The notes under the pieces are model-generated. The model saw only the letters and a list, made by a program, of their open reading frames with translations, ran no database searches and was not told the DNA's origin. Shown piece by piece: positions 18,524-30,008 of a DNA stretch of 64,000 nucleotides. Position 1 is the first letter of the stretch. Each line of letters begins with the position of its first letter. The translations under genes and the position numbers were made by a program. The stretch comes from Bacteroidota bacterium (lineage in GTDB: Bacteria > Bacteroidota > Bacteroidia > 2-12-FULL-35-15): positions 2,056 to 66,055 of the forward strand of contig JAHEYB010000009.1 of NCBI GenBank assembly GCA_023251805.1. The letters run 5' to 3'.

Positions 18524-18805
18524 GATTTTTTGGTTTTTTAAAATTGTTTTTTAATTCGACTCAAAATTAATTGTGAATTGAGAAAAGGAAATAATGTACT
18601 ACCATACATCAGCAGAATCAAGGCACATTATTTCAGATTGAAATCCTTTATAACTATTGTAAATAAACAGAAGCGGAATTCACTTTGTGAGTTCATAGAA
18701 AACGAAATCGGGAGATAAATAGTCGTTAAAAAGGCTTGGAATTTATTATTTCATTCCATTTCTTATCTCTTTTTTTTGTATATTTACCCTACTAAAAAAA
18801 TAAGA

Positions 18806-19903
18806 ATGAGCATTACAACAGAACAAGTATTAGAGGCCTTAAAAAATGTGGAAGATCCTGACTTGAAAAAGGATTTGGTGACCTTGGGCATGATTAAAGA
18901 TTTAGCAATAGATGGTAAAAATGTAAACTTTACGGTTGTACTTACCACTCCTGCCTGTCCGATGAAAGAAATGATTCACAAAGCTTGCGTGAATGCTGTT
19001 TTACATTTTGTAGATAAAGAAGCAGTTGTAAAAGTGAATATGACTTCCAATGTTACAGCAGGAAAAGTTCAATCAGGACCACTATTGCCTAAAGTAAAAA
19101 ATATAATAGCCGTTGCATCCGGAAAAGGTGGAGTAGGTAAATCAACAATAGCATCTAATTTGGCTGCAGCATTGGCAAAACAAGGTGCTTCGGTTGGATT
19201 GGTAGATGCCGATATTTATGGACCTTCTCAAACCATTATGTTTGATGTAGTGCATGAAAAACCAATGATAAAAGTAATCGATGGAAAAAATAAAATTATT
19301 CCTGTTGAAAGTTACGGAGTAAAATTATTGTCCATCGGATTTTTTGCTGATACGTCACAAGCCATCGTTTGGCGTGGACCAATGGCTGCAAAAGCATTAA
19401 CACAAATGTTTGCAGATGCTGAATGGGGAGAACTGGATTATATGATTATTGACCTTCCTCCAGGAACCGGTGATATTCATTTATCATTGGTTGGTGCTAT
19501 TCCTTTGAATGGAGTGGTGATTGTGAGTACTCCTCAAAATGTAGCTTTAGCCGATGCGCAAAAAGGTGTAGCCATGTTCCAAATGGCTTCCATCAATGTG
19601 CCTGTATTGGGGATAGTTGAAAATATGGCATATTTCACACCTGCAGAGCTTCCAAACAATAAATATTATATCTTTGGTAAAGACGGAGCAAAAACACTTG
19701 CCGAGAAGTTGAATGTACCTTTATTAGGAGAAATTCCCTTGGTACAAAGTATTTGTGAAGCAGGAGATGCAGGTCGTCCGGCTGTTTTACAAGAAAATAC
19801 TCCACAAGCAATTGCTTTTATGGAAATGGCAAGTAAAATTGCACAACAAGTGTCTATTGTAAACTCAAAACGAGTTGTAGAAAAAGAGGTTGAACCGGCA
19901 TAA
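18806..19903 (+). CDS. apbC: Mrp/ApbC-family Fe-S cluster carrier ATPase
   Basis: N-terminal DUF59-like 'ITTEQVLEALKNVEDPDLKKDLVTLGMI', deviant Walker A 'ASGKGGVGKST', and 'DLPPGTGD'. ATG at 18806 is preferred over the upstream TTG-type start at 18776. Confidence 0.9.
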   Translation: MSITTEQVLEALKNVEDPDLKKDLVTLGMIKDLAIDGKNVNFTVVLTTPACPMKEMIHKACVNAVLHFVDKEAVVKVNMTSNVTAGKVQSGPLLPKVKNIIAVASGKGGVGKSTIASNLAAALAKQGASVGLVDADIYGPSQTIMFDVVHEKPMIKVIDGKNKIIPVESYGVKLLSIGFFADTSQAIVWRGPMAAKALTQMFADAEWGELDYMIIDLPPGTGDIHLSLVGAIPLNGVVIVSTPQNVALADAQKGVAMFQMASINVPVLGIVENMAYFTPAELPNNKYYIFGKDGAKTLAEKLNVPLLGEIPLVQSICEAGDAGRPAVLQENTPQAIAFMEMASKIAQQVSIVNSKRVVEKEVEPA

Positions 19904-19924
19904 ATTAATTTTAAATCTTAAGAG

Positions 19925-20182
19925 ATGAGCGCAACAGCAGAAATTATTGCAAAAGTAGAAGATGCCTTGGATCAAATTCGTCCATACCTGCAAGCAGATG
20001 GTGGAAATGTTTCGTTAGTAGAAATTACAAATGACTTTGTAGTGAAAGTGGAATTGTTGGGAGCTTGTAAATCTTGTTCTATGAGCATGATGACGATGAA
20101 AGCCGGTATCGAAGAATCAATTAAAAGAGCAGTTCCAGAAATTAAAAGTGTGGAGGCCGTGAATTTAGCTTTGGCAGTATAA
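19925..20182 (+). CDS. NifU C-terminal-domain (Nfu-type) Fe-S scaffold protein
   Basis: 85 aa with 'LQADGGNVSLVEI' and the CxxC motif 'GACKSCSMS'. It directly follows apbC. Confidence 0.85.
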   Translation: MSATAEIIAKVEDALDQIRPYLQADGGNVSLVEITNDFVVKVELLGACKSCSMSMMTMKAGIEESIKRAVPEIKSVEAVNLALAV

Positions 20183-20217
20183 GTTTAGCACGCAGATTTC
20201 GCAGAAAAAATAAAATA

Positions 20218-21567
20218 ATGAAACACATTTTCGTCATATCATTCATTGTTCTTTTACTTTCCTCCTGCACTCCCGAATTGGATATGCCGGAGCCAAGTGC
20301 AGGCGATGCTGATTTTTCTAAAATGATTGCAGTAGGCGGAAACTATTTGGCAGGTTATCAAGATGGGGCATTGTACCGAAAAGGACAATCACTTTCTATT
20401 CCAGCGTTATTGGCAGAGCAGTTTAAGTTGGTGGGTGGACCAACATTTGGTCAGGCGCTAATGCCCGATAACAATGGCTTAGGTGTAAATAGTAAAATTT
20501 GGGAAAGTTGGTTCATCACTCCAAGTCATTTGGGAAATAAAACAAATTGTCAAGGAATCACTTCTTTATCTCCAATAAAAAATACCATTTCTGTTTCTTC
20601 CGCAACTCCTTATTTAACGGATATGGCAGGAAACAGTGTTCAAAATTTAGCAGTTCCTTTTGCAACAATTCCTGATTATATGAATCCGGCATTTGGATAC
20701 AGTTCTAATCCAACAAACCTGAATCCTTACTATGCACGTATAGCAAGTAACCCTGGCGTTTCTACGTTGTATGAAGATGCTCGTCAACAGAACGCAACAT
20801 TTATTACTGCTTGGTTGGGAATGGAAGATATTTATAATTATGCTGCCAGAGGGGGAACCGGAGCGGGGATTCCTTCAGCAACAAGTTTTGGAAATTATTT
20901 GGATACTATTTTGGGCGGACTAACTGCTAACGGAGCAAAAGGTGTAATAGCAAACATTCCTGATTTTAGGAATTACCCGTATTATACTTTAGTGGCATGG
21001 GATAATGCAGTGTTGGTGCGACAAACACAAGTAGATTCGTTAAATGATATTTATACTACTTCTGGTTTACCGCAATTGTATTTTCAACTTGGAAGAAATG
21101 GATTTGTAATTGATGATGCTGCTTCTTTGGGTGGTGTACGACAAATTCATGCAGGAGAATACATCACACTTTCAGTTCCAATCGATTCAATGAAATGTTA
21201 TAAATACGGATTATTTTTTGAAACATTAAATGATAGATATGTTTTGGATAGCACCGAAGTGTATGAAATTGATCAGGCTATAAATTCTTATAATGCTGTA
21301 ATTGCACAAAAAGCTAGTCAGTATAATTTAGCATTAGTAGATATGCATTCGTATATGAATACTGTTTTTTCAGGAATAAAATGGAATGGTGTTGATATGA
21401 ATATGATTTTTGTAAGTGGTGGATTTTTAAGTCTGGATGGCTATCATCCCAACCAAAAAGGCTATTCACTTATTGCCAATGAATTTATTAAGGCAATAAA
21501 TACAAAATACAATGCTTCTATTCCCGAAGTATATTGCACCGAATGTGATGGTGTGAAGTTTCCTTAA
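20218..21567 (+). CDS. SGNH/GDSL-hydrolase-like lipoprotein (block I nucleophile motif not conserved)
   Basis: Lipobox 'LLLSSC'. C-terminal 'SLDGYHPNQKGYSLIANEFIKAIN' resembles SGNH block V (DxxH). The position where GDS(L) is expected reads 'AVGGNYLAGYQDG'. Confidence 0.55.
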   Translation: MKHIFVISFIVLLLSSCTPELDMPEPSAGDADFSKMIAVGGNYLAGYQDGALYRKGQSLSIPALLAEQFKLVGGPTFGQALMPDNNGLGVNSKIWESWFITPSHLGNKTNCQGITSLSPIKNTISVSSATPYLTDMAGNSVQNLAVPFATIPDYMNPAFGYSSNPTNLNPYYARIASNPGVSTLYEDARQQNATFITAWLGMEDIYNYAARGGTGAGIPSATSFGNYLDTILGGLTANGAKGVIANIPDFRNYPYYTLVAWDNAVLVRQTQVDSLNDIYTTSGLPQLYFQLGRNGFVIDDAASLGGVRQIHAGEYITLSVPIDSMKCYKYGLFFETLNDRYVLDSTEVYEIDQAINSYNAVIAQKASQYNLALVDMHSYMNTVFSGIKWNGVDMNMIFVSGGFLSLDGYHPNQKGYSLIANEFIKAINTKYNASIPEVYCTECDGVKFP

Positions 21568-21651
21568 AGAACTCATTGCTTGATTGAGCATTTTGGAAGC
21601 AAGCTTATTGTTATGCAATTGCAAGATGTTTGAGCTCAAACTCTTCTTAAA

Positions 21652-22227
21652 ATGAAAACAAAATCCTTTTTACTTTTTTTTTGTTTGAGTATACTGTTGT
21701 TTTCTTTCCAAGCAACTGATGTCAAAATTTCTGTTTATATCGATAATTTTAAGACAGAAGTAACAGAAGGTTTATTTGTTAACTGCAGAAAAATAAGTGA
21801 TTTGAGTATTATTGTGCCGATTACCGAAGAAATGAAAGGCTATGATATGTTCAAAGTAGAACTTCACCGATTTGGACCTGATGAAGATATTATTGCTGCA
21901 TTTAAATTATATGACCCCAATACAAAAGAGTTCAAAAAGAAGATTGCACCAAAAGAATCTGTTAAATTGATGGTACTTGAAAAGGAAGGACAATTTACAG
22001 GGAGTGACTTAGAAACCAATACCACCATTTTCCCTGCCACATCTCGCACAAATCAAGTGTTTTGTGATAGCCATGATTTGAAAAAGTGCAGTTTTTACTT
22101 TATTGTACGAGGCTACAAAAAAACAGGAGAAAAAACACAATTCAATGAAGATGTGTTTGATAAAGGAACCGATCTAAGTTCCAAAAGTGTAGTTTTTAAA
22201 AGCTGGATTGATAGAACGGTAAAATAG
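21652..22227 (+). CDS. Hypothetical secreted protein
   Basis: Signal peptide 'MKTKSFLLFFCLSILLFSFQA'. No recognisable motifs. Confidence 0.5.
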   Translation: MKTKSFLLFFCLSILLFSFQATDVKISVYIDNFKTEVTEGLFVNCRKISDLSIIVPITEEMKGYDMFKVELHRFGPDEDIIAAFKLYDPNTKEFKKKIAPKESVKLMVLEKEGQFTGSDLETNTTIFPATSRTNQVFCDSHDLKKCSFYFIVRGYKKTGEKTQFNEDVFDKGTDLSSKSVVFKSWIDRTVK

Positions 22228-22228
22228 T

Positions 22229-22876
22229 TTACTCCAACACAACTTTCTTCGTCACAATACTATCTCCAATTTTTACTTGAACAAAATAAATCCCGCTCCG
22301 TAAGTCTCCTCGGTCTATTGATAACGATTTTTCTGTCGTTGAAACGTTTTTTACAATTCTTCCTGTCACATCATACATAGAAACAAGTGTTTCAGAATTG
22401 CTGAAATTTTCTATGCTAATATTGATAACGGTAGAAGCAGGGTTTGGATAAATCAAAACAGAACTTTGAGACGCATATTCATTTATTCCAACCGAACAAG
22501 TCATTGGATAAGCATAAGCGCAAGGTGCAATAGAATCTGTAGGGTCGTCATAATAAACAGTTCCTGTAAATCCGGTAGGAAGACTATCAACTGTTGCTGG
22601 AATGGTATGAACCAATGTATCTAATGGCATGTGTCCGAAAAAATAAAACAGACTACTTATGTTTGCAATAGTATCTCCAATTGAATTTGTAACAATAACG
22701 ATAGGATAGTTTACAAATACACTGTCACCATTGTAAATGGTAACATCCAATGTGTTGTTTACAGAATCAACATTATCAATATTGAGAATGCAAAAACTTC
22801 CGCAGGTCATATTTTGTGAATTGCTTGTAAAAGTAAATGCTAAGATGGAAATAAATAATAGAGTAATTTTTTTCAT
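22229..22876 (-). CDS. T9SS type-A sorting-domain protein (small, unknown passenger)
   Basis: Signal peptide present. C-terminal 'IYPNPASTVINISIE...SGIYFVQVKIGDSIVTKKVVLE' is a Por secretion tail. Confidence 0.75.
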   Translation of the reverse strand: MKKITLLFISILAFTFTSNSQNMTCGSFCILNIDNVDSVNNTLDVTIYNGDSVFVNYPIVIVTNSIGDTIANISSLFYFFGHMPLDTLVHTIPATVDSLPTGFTGTVYYDDPTDSIAPCAYAYPMTCSVGINEYASQSSVLIYPNPASTVINISIENFSNSETLVSMYDVTGRIVKNVSTTEKSLSIDRGDLRSGIYFVQVKIGDSIVTKKVVLE

Positions 22877-22899
22877 GATAAGGTTTTTATTCCCTTCTC

Positions 22900-22922
22900 C
22901 TTCGACTACGCTCAGGATGACG
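22900..22922. repeat. Dispersed 23-nt repeat TTCGACTACGCTCAGGATGACGG
   Basis: Identical to 15291-15313. It lies between the pyrG stop (22937) and the start of the T9SS cargo gene (22876). Confidence 0.85.
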
Positions 22923-22936
22923 GGTTTGGGCTAGGT

Positions 22937-24559
<1,623 letters not shown>

Positions 24560-24697
24560 CTAAATTAATTTCAGGTAATCCCTGACCAGAGGAAATGTTT
24601 GCGGGTCGTACAAAAGTACGGAAAAAATCTGCTGGATGGAGGGTGTATTGATAATTTGTTGAAAAAAGGAAGATATCTGGGCGTTAAAAGGAAAAAA

Positions 24698-24886
24698 TTA
24701 AACACATAGAGACATAGATTTTTTCTGTATGTTTATTTACATAGTTGAAGCCTGGCTTCATTTAAGACATTTCAATCAGAATGATGTCTTACCTCTCAAT
24801 ATTAAAAATGAAGCTTGCTTCATAGGGTTCTCTATGCGAAACTATCCATCTTTAACCCTATAAATTCTATGCTTCTATGTGTTTAA
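24698..24886. repeat. MITE-like non-coding element, 189 bp, 21-bp terminal inverted repeats
   Basis: TTAAACACATAGAGACATAGA (24698-24718) matches the reverse complement of TCTATGCTTCTATGTGTTTAA (24866-24886) at 19/21. Internal small hairpins are TGAAGCCTGGCTTCA, AAGACAT..ATGTCTT and TGAAGCTTGCTTCA. There is no ORF. Confidence 0.65.
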
Positions 24887-24902
24887 ATTTTTGAGAACAA
24901 CA

Positions 24903-27242
24903 TTAAAACGTCATCACCAAACTAAAGGAAGGTAAGAATGGCAACTGGTCTACGCGTTTATAGCGTACACGGTCGAAATAAAATACGTTTTTGCGATTAT
25001 ACACATTTGTAGCACCTAAAGATGCTTCCAGCTTAGTGTTTTCAAAGAAAAGGAATGTTCGTTTGATGTTAATATCCAAACGATGATACCATGGTAATTC
25101 TTTCACCTGTCCCTCATCAAAGAAATAATTTAAATCTCCTTGTCCACTAACATAGTTGGTATTGATTCCTTGTGTGAAATTTTGGTCTTCATAAAACCCA
25201 CCAGTTGGCTTAAAAGGAAAGCCTGAGCCTAAGTTCCAACGAACATCAAATTCCCAATTCCGATTTTTTCCGGCAATGTAAGAAGCTACAATGTTAGCAT
25301 TGTGCCGTCTGTCGAAATGCGGACGATATGTTTCAAGTCCATCCCAACGGTTTACATAACCTAAGGAATAAACTACCCAAAGGTAAAGTCGCTTATAATC
25401 GTATTTTAAAACAGCATCAATTCCTTGCGCTCTTCCTGTTTCAATAATAAAATCATTTTTTAATACTTCCGGAATGGCTGAATTAGCAGGTGTATCATCA
25501 AACATTTTGTTGGTATTCAAATTTGTCAATTGTTTGAAATCCTTGCGATATGCTTCAATGTTTAAATCTAAATGTCGCGCTAAATCAAATTCAAATCCTA
25601 AAACATAATGATTTGCTTTTTGCAGCTTATGTTTTCTTTCAATTACGTTTCCGTTTTCATCTACATAACTTTCGGGGAGGTTATCCGGACCAGATAAAAA
25701 TCCGTAAAATAAATTCACCACATCTCTTTCGGAAGTAGCAGCAATAAGGTTTTGAGAATACATGCCGGCAGCAAATTTAAATCGGATGCGTGGAACAATA
25801 TTCCATTTTAAACCTAAGCGTGGTTCAGGAGAAAAGTTAGCCAAAGAAGCATAATACATTACTCGGAAACTAGGCTCTAGCAATAATTTTTTATGTTTTG
25901 AAACGTATTTAAATTTTACATAACCACCAATTTCTGTTGTGCTTTCAGCTTGTGAAATATGTCTGTTAGAAGGGTTGTAAAAATCAAAGTCAGTTCTGAA
26001 ACCTAGGACTTCTAATCCGTAATTCACTTCATTTTTACCCATAAAGTAAGTAAAGCCAACACCCATATTAAAACCTTTAATAGCGCTTGTTTTAAGAGAA
26101 TCGCTTTCGGGTTTTAGTCTTATTTTATATTGCGAATAAGCAAAGTTTCCGGTAACTAAAATAGGGGAGTTTTGAGGAACCAATAAGAAGTTAGCGCCAC
26201 CACCATAGGAATCCCATCGCATATTTTGCACCGATTTATAATTTACTTTATCGCTAAAGTTAAATCCAAATAAGTTGAGTTTGCTTCCATTGCTGGTATT
26301 AAAGGATACCTTTCCATAATAATCGTTAAAGCTGAATGGCAAACCAGCAGTGTCAATATAACTATAAAGGTATTTTGATGTAGTTGGTAAATAAGATGTT
26401 TTTGCTGAAAGGATAAAAGAGGCGGTTGATTTACTTTCGTCAGTAGCTTTCATTAATGGACCTTCAGCTAATACTTTTGCTCCAAATGGACTAACTGCTA
26501 TTTTGCCTGCTACTTTACGTTTATTACCATCGCGGGTGGTAATGTCCATAATAGATGAAATTCTTCCTCCGTATTCAGCACCAAACCCTCCACTGTAAAC
26601 ATCCGCATTACGAATAATGTCAGCATCAAAAACAGAGAATAAACCAATAGAATGGAAGGGATTGTACACAATCATACCATCCAACAAAACTTTATTTTGA
26701 ATAGGTGAGCCACCGCGTATGTATAATTGACCGCCTTGGTCACCCGTAAAAATTACTCCGGGTAATACCTGTAAATATTGAGCTAAATCGGGCTCGCCTC
26801 CAACTGATGGTAATTTTTTAATGGTTATCGGATCAATTTTATTTACGGATACTTGCGTTTCTGTTTGTTTTGCCTCTTGTTCCGCAGAAATTTCTATGAC
26901 TTTTAATTTCACATCCGATTTGGTGATGAATAATTTTTTAGTCAAAATTTCTCCTGCTTTTACAGTTACATTTTCTTGAAGACTATCATATCCTAAGGTG
27001 GATGCAATTAAAAGAGTATAGTTGCCGGGTGGTATTTGTGTGATAGAAAAATAGCCATTTACATCGGTTGAATTTCCGATAGTTGTTCCTTTTAAAATAA
27101 CGTTGGTAAACAATACCGGTTCACCGGAATCTTTTAAATAAACAAATCCTCGGATGGTTCCTACTTGAGAAAAGGTGCTGAAAGAAATGAGGATAAAAAA
27201 TGCAAAAAATAAATTTTTAATCGATACTGTTGGGGTACTCAT
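24903..27242 (-). CDS. TonB-dependent receptor with N-terminal carboxypeptidase-regulatory-like domain
   Basis: Signal peptide, 'GTIRGFVYLKDSGEPVLFTNVIL' (CarboxypepD_reg-like), plug region 'DLAQYLQVLPGV..IRGG', and a long beta-barrel ending in aromatic 'SFSLVMTF'. Confidence 0.85.
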   Translation of the reverse strand: MSTPTVSIKNLFFAFFILISFSTFSQVGTIRGFVYLKDSGEPVLFTNVILKGTTIGNSTDVNGYFSITQIPPGNYTLLIASTLGYDSLQENVTVKAGEILTKKLFITKSDVKLKVIEISAEQEAKQTETQVSVNKIDPITIKKLPSVGGEPDLAQYLQVLPGVIFTGDQGGQLYIRGGSPIQNKVLLDGMIVYNPFHSIGLFSVFDADIIRNADVYSGGFGAEYGGRISSIMDITTRDGNKRKVAGKIAVSPFGAKVLAEGPLMKATDESKSTASFILSAKTSYLPTTSKYLYSYIDTAGLPFSFNDYYGKVSFNTSNGSKLNLFGFNFSDKVNYKSVQNMRWDSYGGGANFLLVPQNSPILVTGNFAYSQYKIRLKPESDSLKTSAIKGFNMGVGFTYFMGKNEVNYGLEVLGFRTDFDFYNPSNRHISQAESTTEIGGYVKFKYVSKHKKLLLEPSFRVMYYASLANFSPEPRLGLKWNIVPRIRFKFAAGMYSQNLIAATSERDVVNLFYGFLSGPDNLPESYVDENGNVIERKHKLQKANHYVLGFEFDLARHLDLNIEAYRKDFKQLTNLNTNKMFDDTPANSAIPEVLKNDFIIETGRAQGIDAVLKYDYKRLYLWVVYSLGYVNRWDGLETYRPHFDRRHNANIVASYIAGKNRNWEFDVRWNLGSGFPFKPTGGFYEDQNFTQGINTNYVSGQGDLNYFFDEGQVKELPWYHRLDINIKRTFLFFENTKLEASLGATNVYNRKNVFYFDRVRYKRVDQLPFLPSFSLVMTF

Positions 27243-27426
27243 ATTTTGTAGTGTTTTTAATATTATTAACCTTTTTTAAAAGGTGTGTAAATGTAATAAT
27301 TTATTGAATGAAAAGGGGGGTAATTTTCCAGAATGCAATTTCCTATAGATAATCGGTGGTTTTTGGGGGGTGAATGGTAAGGATAGTGAATAGTTAATAG
27401 GGAAATAGTGATTGAGACCCGTAAAA

Positions 27427-27598
27427 TTTGCTCGCAGATTTCGCGAATTTTCGCAGATTTTTATTTTAAATAGTTTAAATCTCTTCTTACCAAATAAAAA
27501 TGCTAGAAAACAATTTTTAGCTTTTTTATTAGATTCTATACAGATCTTTTCCTTTTCCTTTTTTTTATCTGCGAAAATCTGCGAAATCAGCGAGCAAA
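27427..27598. repeat. MITE-like non-coding element, 172 bp, 32-bp terminal inverted repeats
   Basis: TTTGCTCGCAGATTTCGCGAATTTTCGCAGAT (27427-27458) matches the reverse complement of ATCTGCGAAAATCTGCGAAATCAGCGAGCAAA (27567-27598) at 29/32. The core is AT-rich. The ORF-track call 27412-27789 across it is judged spurious. Confidence 0.7.
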
Positions 27599-27610
27599 AA
27601 TTGGAAAAAC

Positions 27611-29989
27611 TTAAAACTCAATCTTATATCCAAAATAAGGAAACAACCCCAACTGATATTCCTGCTGAATTTTTTGTAAAGTTGGATCATATGATTCTCG
27701 TAAAATATTTTGAGTATCAAAAATATTCTCTACCACTAAAAAAATACTTTGAGATGTTTTTTTACGATTGGTTTTGTAAGATATTTTAATATCAAAACGG
27801 GAATAATCTTTTAATTGTTTTGAAAATGCTTCTTCATCAATGTAAACAGCATCACCATAAATTTTTGATTTTTCTAAATCAATTGGAGTATACCTGTTTC
27901 CGCCTGCTTGCGTGAATTTTAAATCGACCGACAAAGCTCTATTTTTACTTTTTCCCAAGGTAAATTCATATCCTGCCAAGGCATTAAAAACATATCCGCC
28001 ATCGTAGCTTGTGTGGTGCTCAACGCCATTGCTGCCTTTGTATTTCGATTGATAGAAAGAAGCCGTTGCCAGGTAATAAAAATGGTTGCTAAAAAATTTT
28101 TCTAATGTAAATTCTATTCCAATATTTTCTCCATCACCCTTGTTTTCGAGGCTATCCACCAATGGAATTCCTTCCAAAGCATTGCCAACATTAATCATAG
28201 AAAAAGAAGATTGATAATTTTTTTGCACAGGAACATTGTAAACATATTGATAATATCCTTCCAGTTTTATACGATATTCTTTTGAAAAATTAAAATCGTA
28301 GGATAAAATTGCATGCTGACTTTTTGATAAATCCAAATCTCGATTGCTTCTATAATAGCTGTCAGTAGCCGGAATATACGTTTCGTAAAAATAATAAATG
28401 GTGGGTTGCATCTGACTGTGCAGTCCATATCCTAAACTAATAGTTTGTTTTTGAGTCACCTGAAACCGCATTCCCAACCTTGGTTCGATAGCAGAAGTGT
28501 GATTCAATAAAAAATTCTGATAATGCACCCCGCTGTTGATGGTTATTTTGTCGGTTGGTCGGTATTGCCAATGTGCAAAGCCTTGTACCAAATCGGCAAA
28601 TGATTTTTTTACATTTAAATCGTAAATGTATTTTGAATATTGTGGATAGTATTCATAGGATTCAGCATTAAAATAAATGCTTTGATAAGTAGCTCCAATT
28701 TTAATTAAATGCTTAGCATTTATTTTTTTTGAAATGGTATAATTGGCAATCATATTTCCCTCGGTAGATTTATTTTTCCGAGTTAAAAATGAGCTAAGTG
28801 TAACCGGAGAAATGGTATCCACAAAGGCGTCTAAATCCGTTCCCGAAACCGACAATGATAATTTCCCGGATGTTTTAGGATTGAAAAAATACAAATGTGA
28901 AATGCCAGTTGCGCCCATGCTGGTGCCAAAAACTAAATCTTGTCCACCAGTGATATATGACCAATCAGTCGCTTTGCGATCGCTATCCAATAATGATAAT
29001 TTACTTTTTCCACCTATCCCCCAAAGTGTAAAAATGCCTGCTTTGTTGGTAGGTATATTTACTTTATAAGAAACGTCTTGGTATTGCGGGCTTGCAGAAA
29101 CTCCAAAGCGAATTCCCAATTTGTTGAATACTTCTAAAGTGGAATAACGATAATTGATAAGGTAGGAGCTTCCATTCTTTTTTGAAATCGGGCCTTCTGC
29201 TCCAAGTTCAACTCCATTTATTCCTACGGAGCCGGTATATTCATTTTGTTCGTTGTTTCCGTTTCTAAGTTTTATATCAAAAACGGCAGCAGTTTTATTT
29301 CCATATTCAGCAGGAAAAGCACCCGTTAAAAAATCGGAGTTGCCTAAAATATTATTATTGAGCATGCTAATTGGTCCGCCAGTTGCGCCTTGTGCCGAAA
29401 AGTGATTGGGATTTGGAATATCAATTCCTTCCATTCGCCACAACACTCCTAAGGGAGAATTTCCTCTTACAATAATGTCGTTTCTCGCATCGTTTCCGGA
29501 TGAAACGCCTGCATAATTTGCTACCATTTTACTTGGGTCGCCTCTACTACCTGCATATCTGCCGGTTTCTTCCGCCAAAAAGTTACGAGATGAAACAGTC
29601 ACTAAATCGTTGTTTGCTTTTGTTTTATCTTTTTCTGCAACCACTTCAACTACTGCTGATGTATATACCTTTTCCCGAAGTTCAACTGTAAGTACTACTT
29701 CTTTTCCGGAGGTAACAATAATATTGCTTATAACTGCTTCTTCATAGCCAATGGAAGAAACTTTGATTGCTCTTCTGCCAACCGCAATTTTATCCAATCT
29801 AAATTTCCCATCTGCATCACTTGTTGAACCAATTAAGGTATCGCTATTCAGCAGGATAATAGTTGCGCCAGGTAATGTGGATTTTGAATCTGTGTCAATC
29901 ACTTTACCACGAATGGTTTGCGTATAGGTTTGTGCAGAGATTTTGAGTCCGCTTACAAGAATAATCAATATGAAAGTGATTTTTTTCAC
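27611..29989 (-). CDS. TonB-dependent receptor with N-terminal carboxypeptidase-regulatory-like domain
   Basis: 'IRGKVIDTDSKSTLPGATIILL', plug 'IIVRGNSPLGVLWRMEGIDIPNPNHF', and barrel ending 'FPYFGYKIEF'. The start is ambiguous: GTG at 29989 (VKKITFILIILVSGLKISAQ) or TTG at 30016. Confidence 0.85.
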   Translation of the reverse strand: MKKITFILIILVSGLKISAQTYTQTIRGKVIDTDSKSTLPGATIILLNSDTLIGSTSDADGKFRLDKIAVGRRAIKVSSIGYEEAVISNIIVTSGKEVVLTVELREKVYTSAVVEVVAEKDKTKANNDLVTVSSRNFLAEETGRYAGSRGDPSKMVANYAGVSSGNDARNDIIVRGNSPLGVLWRMEGIDIPNPNHFSAQGATGGPISMLNNNILGNSDFLTGAFPAEYGNKTAAVFDIKLRNGNNEQNEYTGSVGINGVELGAEGPISKKNGSSYLINYRYSTLEVFNKLGIRFGVSASPQYQDVSYKVNIPTNKAGIFTLWGIGGKSKLSLLDSDRKATDWSYITGGQDLVFGTSMGATGISHLYFFNPKTSGKLSLSVSGTDLDAFVDTISPVTLSSFLTRKNKSTEGNMIANYTISKKINAKHLIKIGATYQSIYFNAESYEYYPQYSKYIYDLNVKKSFADLVQGFAHWQYRPTDKITINSGVHYQNFLLNHTSAIEPRLGMRFQVTQKQTISLGYGLHSQMQPTIYYFYETYIPATDSYYRSNRDLDLSKSQHAILSYDFNFSKEYRIKLEGYYQYVYNVPVQKNYQSSFSMINVGNALEGIPLVDSLENKGDGENIGIEFTLEKFFSNHFYYLATASFYQSKYKGSNGVEHHTSYDGGYVFNALAGYEFTLGKSKNRALSVDLKFTQAGGNRYTPIDLEKSKIYGDAVYIDEEAFSKQLKDYSRFDIKISYKTNRKKTSQSIFLVVENIFDTQNILRESYDPTLQKIQQEYQLGLFPYFGYKIEF

Positions 29990-30008
29990 GCTGTAAAAGT
30001 AGTTTATT

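Noticed and set aside
27412-27789. 125-aa plus-strand ORF spanning the spacer between the two TonB-dependent receptor genes.
   Set aside because: It reads straight through the 172-bp inverted-repeat element and then runs antisense into the receptor's 3' end. The translation has no signal or domain features.
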